A stretch of 64,000 nt of DNA from Cirrosporium novae-zelandiae (Eukaryota), in the NCBI GenBank assembly GCA_026023565.1, contig JAPETS010000003.1, forward strand, positions 744,001 to 808,000. Reading direction: 5' to 3'. Under the pieces are notes generated by a model. The model made no database searches, was not told where the DNA came from, and saw only the letters and a list, made by a program, of their open reading frames with translations. Of the stretch, positions 45,301 to 56,479 are shown piece after piece; position 1 is the first letter of the stretch; every line of letters begins with the position of its first letter. The translations under genes were made by a program, and so were the position numbers.

Positions 45301-45661
45301 GCACTCAAAGGTCTAATCTGATACGTAGTCGAATGCCTACTATACAGCAACTAACGGCTGAAGTTGCAAGAAATATCTCAATTGTTGACGGTATTGGTTT
45401 AGACCCGGGCGGGGAGGCGGACGCCGGCTACCATGGCCTGTGACACACACCTTAAGTCAACCATCCTTTTCCCGCGGGCAGTTGGCGCATTGGACGGGTG
45501 GACAGACAAAATAGACAAACAGTGAGACCAAACCAAAGAGCCGCCCCCCGCTTCGTACACAGTATGCATTAGGAAATTGTAATTTTTTAAAAATTATCTA
45601 CTATCAACCGTCAACGAATAACGAATAATCTAAGAACCACGCTACGTTGCATTGGACCATA

Positions 45662-46641
45662 ATGACTGAAACGGCAGCCGCTGATCCTGCTACACTGGAA
45701 CCCCAGGCCAGACATGTTGTCTATTGCGGAGGTTAGTCCTCTCACATTCCCTCGTATTGTCCTAACTCTTCCTCTACCTCCACTTTGACTATGTATATCA
45801 CTATCGCCATGCTAACTTGAATATTCTTCAGTATGCATGCTCCCGCCCGAAGTACGTTGAACCCCGCTCCTCCCAATCCCTTTCACCTCGGGGCATTTCG
45901 GCTGCTTTCGGTTGAGCGGAGGGGATAATGGAAGTTCACTGCTGATGCGGAAGCAAGCGGTAGTATTGCGAGTTTGGGGGCACTGTCAAGAAATGTGAAG
46001 AGTGGTTAAAAAGGAACCATTCCGACATGCATGAAAGGCTATATTCTGAAGGTACTTCGGCTCTTCAAACCGACCATCAAATTTCTTTAGATTATCCCAT
46101 GTCAGCCCATATCAGCAGCTTGCTATGCACCTATCGCACCTCTATGCAAAAACCCCCCAAACGTTATATTCTCTTAAATTTACAACACAACAAAGACATC
46201 CTAGTACCTACTAACTTTTACGATCCATCAGAGGCCATCACCGCCGGACTATCTAGTCTTTCCGTCGAAGCGCAAAAGCGTGCCCAAAAAGATGCAACCA
46301 AAAAGGCTGCTCAAGCTGCTAAGGCCGAGGAACGGGAAGCTGAACGTATAGCCTCGTCGACTGTTATTATCAAGAGAATAGAACGGAACAAGCGTAAATA
46401 TGTTACATCCATACAAGGCTTAGAGGCATTTGGACTAGATAACAAGAAAATTGCCAAGGAGTTGGGCAAGAAGTTTGCGACTGGTAGTAGCATGACCAAA
46501 CTTCCAGGTGGAATTGGTGAAGAAATCGTGGTCCAGGGAGATGTGAGTGATGACGTGATAGATTGGCTGGAGGAGAAATATGGAGACAAGGTTCCAAGTG
46601 ATAATGTGGAGTTTGTAGAGGATAAAAAAAAGAAGACTTAA
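45662..46641 (+). CDS. TMA22: Translation machinery-associated protein 22 (DENR homolog, SUI1 domain), 4 exons
   Basis: Exons 45662-45731, 45832-45851, 45964-46051, 46232-46641. VVYCGVCMLPPEYCEFG zinc site; SUI1 domain RIERNKRKYVT...KKFATGSS...IVVQGDV. Confidence 0.93.
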
Positions 46642-47050
46642 ACGACCTATCGTACCACTCTCGTTGGTTGTTTTCTAGAATTTATACATGAGAAAATGAA
46701 ATAAAAAATGGTTGAACCAAACGAAGAGGTAGAATACTAATGAAAGTGTTTAATGCGGTGATATAAAAATACATATTTTGCTAGATAGCTTCAATTGAAG
46801 GTAGATGGAGTTGAGTTGGATTTGAGCGCGATGATTGTTCACTAAAAATGGAAAAGCCGACGATTTACATGTGAACTGAGCTTCAACGTCCAATGGACAC
46901 CAACCACCTTACAGTACCCAGTAGTGATATATTTCACCACCAATATTCTCTCTATACAATGATTTTTAAATAAACATATCCCTAGACTCCTTCGGCTATA
47001 GTTTATGTTATATTTAATCCGCACAGGTTTTTGGCGACCAAATTCCTTCC

Positions 47051-48276
47051 ATGATGCCCTCGAAATCCCCGCCCACATCAGCAACAACTTCCCCCCATCT
47101 TGCACCTGTCCGCACCTCCACCGCTCCTATAGCCTCGCTCTCACGTCATACAACTAATGCCCAGCCCATTGCACAATCGGCGATTGTATTCCCCCCCTCC
47201 CGAGGTCACGTCTGGGGGGACGAGACGTTCACCGCCGCGGGGAAGAAGTCTCGGTTTGGGAATTTTGGTGGAGCAACATCCGGCGATGAAGATGGAGATG
47301 CTATTGGTGGGAGTTCCCGGAATGTATTTTCAGGGGCGGACAGACTAGATCGGGATAATGGGAGCGGAAGCAGAAGTGGGAGCAGGAAAGGCGGATCGTG
47401 GGCGACGACGGAAGAGCAGGCCGAACTTGTCCGGACAAAGGTTAAGCTATTGGAAGAGTATGGTTATGCTCTAATTATTTTCCCTCCGAGCTCCTATTTG
47501 CACTATTATTTGCACCATGGCTCTAATAGTCCTTCTTGCCCACGATCTAACACTATGACTATGACAGTGAACTTCAAACCTCCGTCTCCAGTCTAGCAAC
47601 CGGCTCATCTGAGACCTCCCGCCGCCTTGACTACGCGCTCATCTCCCTCCGCTCACACATCCACGACCTCTCTACCACGCTCTCCTCTCTCTCGACACTC
47701 TCCTCCACCACATCCACCCTCCTTGGCAACTACTATACCGCCACACGCACCCTCACGCACTCTACATCCTCTCAAATCGCTGAGCTCTCAGGTACTCCCT
47801 TGTCCAAAGCGGAATCCCGCATCCGAGAACTAGAAGACCGGATGGGGCGAGGCAGAGACACGGTGGAGGAACTGGGGCGACGGCTAGAGGGGGCAAGAGA
47901 TCGAGTAGAGAAATGGGGGGAGCGGGAACGGGAGTGGCAGGCACGCACGAGTCGACGGTTGCGCGCCCTGTGGGGTGTGCTGGTTTCATTGGTCATTGTG
48001 GTCGTCCTTGCTGTTATCTGGAAGAGGACGGGCCTCGGTGAGATATTGTGGAATACCGCAGAAACACCAAAAACGGGCAAGACCAATATAAGTGAACACT
48101 CGGACTTACCGGCTGAGGTGGCGGAGCTACTGAAAGATGTGATGACGGTTTCAAAATCAGAACACACGTCCGCGTTTCCTAACTCAGCCTCTCCAAGCGT
48201 CCCTACGGAAACGACAAGTGGATTTTCTAGGGCGAGGGATGCGGATGATTTTCTACGAATTTTCGATGAGTTATAA
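47051..48276 (+). CDS. Hypothetical coiled-coil protein with a single C-terminal-half TM helix
   Basis: Exons 47051-47457 and 47568-48276; intron GTATGG...CTAAC...CAG joins two track ORFs in frame. Heptad-rich segment followed by ALWGVLVSLVIVVVLAVIW. Confidence 0.72.
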
Positions 48277-49031
48277 GGTATACTTTGAGCCATGATTGAT
48301 TTTAGGAGCCTTTAGCGTTTTATTGGAGTTGGTATGAGCATAAGCATAAGCATGGGCATGGAAAACTGCATACAGGAACAGGGCAGGAAATATTGAAGCA
48401 TTCGCAACTTGCTTTCAATACCAACAGTGTAGCGATTATAACCGTTTGCATTCTTACACGGTCTCTGCAGGAGGAGATGATAGATTGATTGGTTTCGTTC
48501 GATTTGTGTTGGATGCATGAAATAAGATACATACATAAGCAAATAAGCAAAGCATACAAATACAGATATATATACTACTCTCATCCCATTTGATATCCTT
48601 CTCCATCCCTACCTACTAGATTCCTAAAATCTAGCCGTGAAAAGGTCAACCAACATGGCATAGATGAGAGAGCGACATGGATAAAATGGAGAGTAGATCT
48701 GTAGTTTAAATAAGGAATAGTATGAGGATAGGTGGGCTGAGAAGATTAATAAAGGTCAAAACATCATGATCCAATCCGTTGTTCTTGATTATGTTGGCCA
48801 GACTGCGATTTATTGTTCAAGAGATATTAGCGTTATTAGTAGTCCGTAACACTCATTCATGATCTCTGCCAAACTGTAAGCGCAGAAGAACTTAACCGCT
48901 TCAAAAATAAAATTTTGGTGGTTCAGATCTATACATCATTTCCCCAAAGAAAATACCAGTTGATATTTGCCTCCATAAACGCCGAAACACATAATTCACT
49001 AATCATAACCAATGAACTCAGTAAGTCCTCA

Positions 49032-49552
49032 TTAACTTTTCAGCAACTTATTCCTCTTCTCCTTCCTCCTCAGCCGTTCTACGCGTTTCTTATGCATCGT
49101 CTCGGCCAACCGCTCATATCGTTCGCGCTCGGCCTTCGCAGCTCGCTTGTCCTTGATGGCTTGGATACGCCTCTGTCAAACGGAGAGAAAAAAAGAGGCG
49201 TCAGCCATATGCGCACAGGGGAAAAGGTTAACTACAACAATCAAACACCTATCCCCAACGTAACTAACGACTACCAACTAACCTGTCTTTCGGCCTCTTT
49301 CTCCTCCTTCATATTCTTTTCCATTTCCTTGACGATTTCTCTCGCCTTGCGTTCCTCAGCTCGTTTCGCATATGGGGTCAGACCGGCATTAGGACGGAAT
49401 GCGGTGCGTGGAGCATGCCATTGCTTGCCTGAATATCCAGAGGTTCGGTTAGCCAGGGCGAACTGGTAGGTTTTGTAGGGATATAGACCATTTTTGCGCA
49501 GTCCTTGCTGGGTTGGTGCAGCTACTGACGACATGACAACTGCTTCAGCCAT
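49032..49552 (-). CDS. CGR1: rRNA-processing protein Cgr1 (CgrA), 3 exons
   Basis: Exons 49489-49552, 49283-49428, 49032-49172. The spliced protein has [18 protein letters not shown] and ...[21 protein letters not shown]. Confidence 0.92.
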
Positions 49553-50406
49553 GGTGGAGGAAGATGATGATGTTACTAGAGTTGAGGTATGGTGATGGTT
49601 TATTGTGGTAGTTGTGCACAAAAAAAGTTCTAACTAGGTATCTACCAAGAGTCGGTACCTGGTTATCTTATCGGACTAGTTGAATGCCGAAGTTGGCCCG
49701 AGCGAGCTCTTGGAGATGAATTTGAAGATCACAACCAGTTTCAGGTCACGATTGATTGATTACCATGATTACCAAGTAATTAATACCTTAAGGTATTTTT
49801 TAAAGTAATTCTTTTTCTCTTTCTCTAGTTTCTTCTTCTTTAAAATATCAAAGAAATATCTCCCTGGTTGCTACTTTTAATCATGCTATGTCCTATTTAA
49901 TCTATTTCATGGTTACTTATTCTTCTATACGAAGTAGGATTTCCACTAACAACCAACCATCCAATAATGCAGCGTTTTCCAGGAACTATTGCAGAACCCC
50001 CCAGACTAGCCAACCCTCCTGAACCCGGACTATTAATCTCAAAGCAACCATCCGACTTTTTTATATCTCCTCTTCTTTCCTTTTCTTCACCTTGCATTGC
50101 CGTCGCGAGCATGCTGTACAGTCTCCTGTCACATTGAACAGAAAACAAATCCCTTCCAGTCATTCGCTTTTCTAGTTAAACTCACCACAAGTCATTCATT
50201 CATTTGTTTTGCGCTCGTTGACAGTTGTTATTGTTGCCCGAGGGACTCACCTACATTCATTTGACCTTCCCTCATCACAAGGTCTTTCTGACAGCCACCA
50301 CCACCACTGCCTCCACCTCCACATTCCATAAAACTTTAATATTCATAAAATATAACCAACACTTCAAACCAAAATCACCACTATCATTTAAAAAAAATCA
50401 ATAACA

Positions 50407-51405
50407 ATGGCACGATTCACATATTTAACCTCCACCATGCTAATCGCATTCATCTTCGCCTTCATCACCCCCGTGATCCACGCGACTATGCAGCCATCTG
50501 TCATCGAGACCACCTGCAATGCCCTCGCCACTCTAGGCTTTGAGATTAAGGATCTGGTGTTGACGGTCGCTACTACTCAGAATTCAAATGGGTTGATTGT
50601 ATGGAATCCCCCCAAATTCTTGTTATTTCCTTGTGATATGCGACTTGCGATATATGATTTGCGACATGAATTTTTCTCCCCGTTCAAATTGCGCATGATT
50701 GTCAAGTTATGCCGATGGGTTGGTTGATTGGTTCTATCACAACATTTGTGCCTTCTTTGATGCGCTGTTGCTGTGATCAAAACACAAGTTCTCATGTAGA
50801 TCTGAAAACATGTCCGAGAACACCATGCACACACCGAGGAGCACTCATAAACCACTCACGGAACCCAATTAAAGTCCAATCAGCCAGCCTTCCCAATCCA
50901 CAAAAAAGGAAAGAAACAAGAAAAGGAAAGCTAACCTCCATGGAAAAAAAAACCAGGACGTCTACGAAGAATTCGACGACCTCTTCAATTCAGTTCTCGA
51001 TGACATCGAACTAATGACCGGCTCCTCAGTAATGCAATCCCAATCTGACCAACAACTAGTCTACGAAGCCTACTCAAATGTAACCCCCCCACCAATTCCC
51101 CACCAACCACCAACTGACCCAACAACCTATAGTTTGTTCAATCCCTTTTCGAACTAACCGACAGCTTAAGCACTTCTGCCACGGTCTACGTCAACCTAGA
51201 CAGTACAACTGAATATAAGATCCCAGCCTCCGTCCGCAGCTTAGGCGGAGTGGTGGATGCTTATTTCGCGAATCTGATTGGACTGTTTCCAGCTAATACC
51301 AGTTATACCACGCAGAGTAATAATCAGAAGGGCCAGGTGGATACACATTTCAGACAGACGGTTCATGCTTTCCATCTGGTAGCAGCTAAGACTGGGGGTT
51401 CGTAA
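50407..51405 (+). CDS. Small secreted alpha-helical protein (195 aa), UVI-1-like
   Basis: Exons 50407-50598, 50957-51079, 51133-51405 splice in phase 0 with canonical sites. N-terminal signal peptide. The pattern DQQLVYEAYSNFVQSLFEL...ASVRSLGGVVDAYFANLIGLFP recalls fungal UVI-1-type proteins (from memory). Confidence 0.75.
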
Positions 51406-51457
51406 GGTTCATGAGTGAGGATGTTTAGTGGAGGGGCGGTTAGTTATGTAGAGGATG

Positions 51458-51517
51458 TGGAGATGGAGAGGTATGGAGATGGAGAGGTATGGAGATGGAG
51501 AGGTATGGAGATGGAGA
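51458..51517. repeat. 16-bp minisatellite TGGAGATGGAGAGGTA, about 3.7 copies, in the 3'UTR region of the secreted-protein gene
   Basis: Three exact copies at 51458-51505 plus a partial fourth. Confidence 0.9.
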
Positions 51518-52047
51518 TAGAGTTTGAAGTCGCGACGTCGTAAAGAGGAAGACGAGGAGTAGCTCTAGTCTAATTAACCAGTTAAGCTAGGTTAACTAGA
51601 TTCAGCAGATATTCTCCCTTGTAAGAATAGAAGAAAGTTGAGAATGAAGAAGAAAAAGTTGAACAATAAAAATACTAACCAAGCAAGTATTTACTTAATC
51701 ACATCGCCTCACATTATGTGTATACATATATATATATATATATATGGTTCTGGTATCATAACATTAACCGTTCGTTATAGAAGGGGGGTCTTTGAATCCA
51801 ACCCTATTCCAAACCCACCTACACCCGGCGCCGCATACCCCTCCCTTCTCTTTCCCTTTCCCTTTCCCTTCCCATCTCCTTTACTTTACTTTCTTCTCTT
51901 TCTGTTTCCCATTCTCAAGAAAACTCCCATGCTAGAATATAGAGAACCCCCGTCATGTAAGAAGAACGATTCAAAAAACGCCATAGACGAGTGTACCTCC
52001 ACGCAACCCAAAGTAGGACTCGTTCGTTCATTCATTAATTCATTCAT

Positions 52048-55000
52048 TTAATCCGCAAGAACCCCTCTTAACAAATCCAGAAACCCGGGTTTCAACTTTT
52101 CCAATTCAGGAACCTCGGGCTTTTCGGGCATCCCCGCGTGAGCCCTCAACCGTCTCCTCCTCTCCGCAACCAGCTCATCGCTATCCTCGTCGCTCTCTTC
52201 GTCTTCGGTATCACTCTCATCGTCCACCATGTTTAGATCCTCCAAATCCGCCTCGTCCAATCCAAAGTCACTGCTCTTGAACATTTGGCCTGGCTGGTTC
52301 GACTGGACTGCCATCTTCTGCTTCGTCTTTTGGATATGCCATTTCTTGCGGCATTCCTGCCACCGGATGAGCGAATCGATTTCTGCTATTGCTTTCTCGC
52401 TGTCAACCTGGCCTGCGTCAACTGCACCTTGGAACAAGGCGTTCATGTCCAGTTTTCCCCCCTTCGGTCCTAACCGTAAGAACTCAAGAATGTCCTCGAT
52501 CCAGCCCATGAGCTGCTCAAAAAGTCCATTATCATGCACGTGTACCTGATGAACGAATTTATAAAAGTCATCTTCATGTCGAGTACACAAATCAATAAAA
52601 GCTTGAACGGTCTGATTTGGGTCTGCGGAGATGTCTTGACGCTGGGCGCGCTCGATCACATTGATCGCATCTCCTATGAAAGAAGCGGTATCGGTAACGC
52701 AGTCATAAACATTTGCGGATTTGTAGAGACGAATTAGGGGTTCATAGAAGATGGTGAAAAGGTCACGGAATAATTGGAGGGTAACGGGCTCTTCGATAAT
52801 GCTGAGCATCATTTCCTTATCGCGTTTGCGGGTGTACAACTTTAGGAGTTGTTTGAGGTTGGAAAAAAATTGCACCCCATCATGCATTTCCTGTTCAACC
52901 TATAATGTAAGCAATCAAGAACGGACTGGAGGGTATTGCTGGTCACCTTACATTTTCAACGGCAGCATTCCAAGCCACGTATCCATTAAACACAGTCTCA
53001 AATTGCTTTGGTGTCAATTCTGGTTCAAAGTATTCCGATCGCAGGATAACAACGATTAGATCTATCTCTTCTGAAACAGCTTCGCTTCGAAGCTCATTTT
53101 TGGTTTCTTCATCTGCATAAACAAATAATCTAATCTTATCACATAGTCCCGGGTCGTCAATTTTCTGGCTCAACCCGTCTATAGATTTCTGCAGTGCATG
53201 GACCCCTGGGTTCAATGCCATGATGGACATCCGTTGCATCAAAGATCTTGAACCAAATGGCGAAGCAAGGAAGAGATCGAGGACTGCAGACATGACCATT
53301 GCAGGATTCGTAAACCGAAGGATGTTTTTGAAGACTGTGTATGGCATCAAGGAATGCATTCTTTTCATTTGGGCAAAGAGCTCTGGGGAATTGTCCTCAG
53401 CAAGAAATAAATGATAAAGAGTGGCGGCAATTCTGTGGAACGGTTAGATCTCGTTTTATGTCGTAGGAACAAATGATGCTCACTCAATTTTCAACCATTC
53501 GGCAAATTTCAGGTATTCCTCGCTGAGGTCTGCAATCTTTTCCTTCGTTTTGACCTCCCCGAACAGTTTTCTTAGGCCATCTAAATGACAATTAGCTAAT
53601 GCTACAAGAAGCCCGGGCAAAGGATTACCCACTCTTCTCCACAATCTCCCTCCGGAACTTTTCCATGTATACGTCAAGCTCTTGCGCTCTTTGCTTCGCA
53701 AGTTCATAGAACCGTTCCTGCTCTTCGAGACGTTTCTCGTCCATCTCTTTTCGACGCTCGATATCTGTCTGTTCCTCTTTATTCAACGAAACTGGGTCCG
53801 TAGTCAAGAATTCTTCCAACGCCTTGGACTCGGCGATTCGAGGGTTCTGAAGAATGGTACGTAAGAAGGCTCGCAGGGAGACCCTTTGTTCTTCTCGGAA
53901 CAGGATTACCGTTTCTCCATCTTTATCAAGCGACCGTGAAGGGGACCGTCCTGGAGATGATTTCGCACTGGGTGCTTGGGACATTCGGTCAATAGAGCTT
54001 CGCACTGATAAGCGGTCCATTGACTTGCGTCCAGCATTACTGGCAGATGCACTAAGTCCGGAAAATGCGGATTTTGAACGTCGGTGAGTTTTTTGAGCAT
54101 GGTCAGGACGAAGGCTGCTATCATCGTATGGCGGAGTATCCTGAGTGGATTGTGTATCTACAGACGAAATATCAATATCATCTTCGTCACCGTCCCCAAG
54201 TCCCAGAAGGCTTGAACGTGTCGAGGTCTTATTCTTCCTGGGGAGTGGTGGAAGGATCCTCCCGGGTAACTCTGTCCGTAAGCTCCTATGCATTCTCGCG
54301 AATTGCCCATATCTTTTCCCAATGAAATATTCGGGTCTATCGTTTCTTCTAACACTAATAATAAACTCCTGTTCCAATGTATTAGCCGCATTCCAATACA
54401 TATGATAGCCAGATCTTCTTACAGCATGTTGATGGTATCTCACAGTGCGCTTGATCGATATGGTGCGCACACCAGCCACATTAATGCTCCAACCATTAAT
54501 CATGCCACTTTCCGGCGAATTTACTAGAATTCCTTGGTCACTTGCATCTCTATCCACAACCTCAAGCTCAGAAAACCGTATTCGTTCTTCATATCCAGAT
54601 GCGGTTGGTACGCCAGAGACCATCATAAGCTCCACGAGCTTTTCTGCTTTTAGAGCTAGTTTTCGACGCTTCGTTTGTTCTAGACGATCTTCCGAGGACG
54701 ATATATGTTTGCTTGCAAAGGACTCGAGGAACTATATGGAAGGTAAATTAACATAGCCCAACTAGAACAACCTCTAGCTGTTGAACGGAGATTCCAAACT
54801 CACCACTTGTAATTTGTCCTGCCAAAACTCCTTCTCCCTCGCCTTATCCAGAAATGGAAAGTTGCGAACATGATGCACAAAGATATATCTCAGGATGGGC
54901 AGTTCTGAATCTACGGGTGCGACCTCGCCATAATCGGATCTAAATGGCGCGCCAAATCGTTGTAGGGCAGTTGGAGAGTTTAATTCTGAGATCTCCCATT

Positions 55001-55061
55001 TAACTTGTTGAGAAATGAGCTCTCGTTTCAGGTAGTGCTCTTGCTTCCCTGTTAGCAACAT
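52048..55061 (-). CDS. PX-domain protein of the YPR097W/Lec1 family (PX-associated N-term, PX, DUF3818-type C-term), 6 exons
   Basis: Exons 54804-55061, 54423-54731, 53633-54368, 53484-53580, 52952-53432, 52048-52899. Motifs LTGKQEHYLKRELI, FVHHVRNFPFL, KRYGQFARMHRSLRTELPGRILPPLP and REEQRVSLRAFLR. Confidence 0.88.
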
Positions 55062-56479
55062 AGTCAAGATGGGCCGCAGCTGGGAGGGAGAGCGCGGGTT
55101 GGCTGCAAACGGTCACTGCTACTATCGAGGTGACTTCAACAATCAATCTAAGTGGTACAACGCAGTCTGTATAATAGATAATTCGCGTTAGGAAGAGAGT
55201 ATATGTAAGTTGGAATTGTAGGAGCAAGAAATTTAATTGATGTTGGACTGATGTAGGAGGAAGTAGAGGAGGAATACAAAATAGGCGCTGGTGGTTGATA
55301 GATTGCCCACCACGGATAGGATCATGGGACGCCTTTTAAGGGTAGCCGCTCTCGTAACATAGATAAAAAAACGGAAAAGAAATTTAATTTCTTGATCAGC
55401 TTTGACAATTTCCATGATATTGGCTGCTTACATTTCTACGCTATTTTACTGTTTCCGCGTATGGTAGGCTCAGGTATGGGGCAAACCAACTCAATACATT
55501 GTGTCTGTTCCTTGCTGCGCCATTCTTTCTAAGCAAGCTAAAGGTAATGACAGGAAAAGAACAAAACAGGTGGGGATAAAACACAAAGGTTACGAGGCAT
55601 ATGTGTCAAAATTGGCGGAAAGATGGGAAGATACCTATTACAAGGAATTACTGGGTGTGTTACTTTGGTGGAGTTTTTGTTTGAACTTGTGGCAGAATGG
55701 GATTGCGTACTCTTTCTTGTGCTTCTTTTTTTTCACAAGTCAATCAAAGGCTTCTTGTTTACTGACGTTTAACCTTCTTTTCTGCCTTCTGACGTCAGAC
55801 ATCCATCCCTCTCTCCCCTGTTGTGGTACTTTATTCCCCGGATTAACTCGAACATCCGTCGGATCTAACTCCGTCTCAACCGTTTTTACTCCTTCAACCC
55901 TTCTTTTATTCTGCTACCTAGAATGTACAGCCCTACTAATTAACTCCCTCTCCCTCTCCCTTGTTATTTCTAATAATAATAATACTATCACATTGTTATT
56001 GCCCATCCTGCTATTCTACCACTTACATAATAATCGTAATAATGATAATAATAATACTAGTAATAATATCCAAACTTCAAATTTCGTCCATCAATTCATA
56101 TAGCGCCGTGCCATCGTTGCTGCCTTCAAAAAGATGCTATCTAGAATCACATCTCTTCCATCGTCTATCGTCAATGCCGACTCCCATTGCATGAGACGAC
56201 GACACTAGTTCATATATAAGGGGTATCACAAGCCAAATTGCACGCCTCCCATATGCTTCTCTTCATCTTCCACATGAGGGTCTTGGCATACTGGTCAATG
56301 TCGCATTCGTAAGGTCAAGAAGAACAAAATAGCAATAACATCCAAACCACCCCTATCTCCACTTCATATATCTACCCCGCCTGTCCCTTCCCTTTTCAAG
56401 CCATCCAGTTCTTTTTCATACCAAACGTCCTGTTGCCTCCCAAGCTATCATGATAATATTCTTCTGCCCATAACGAATG

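Noticed and set aside
51458..51517. Regular repeat considered as CRISPR-like
   Set aside because: Head-to-tail copies with no spacers in a eukaryotic 3'UTR; it is a minisatellite.
55501..56103. 200-aa ORF between the PX gene and kinesin
   Set aside because: GTG start, low-complexity AAT/CT tracts, lies in the PX-gene promoter and kinesin 3'UTR zone.
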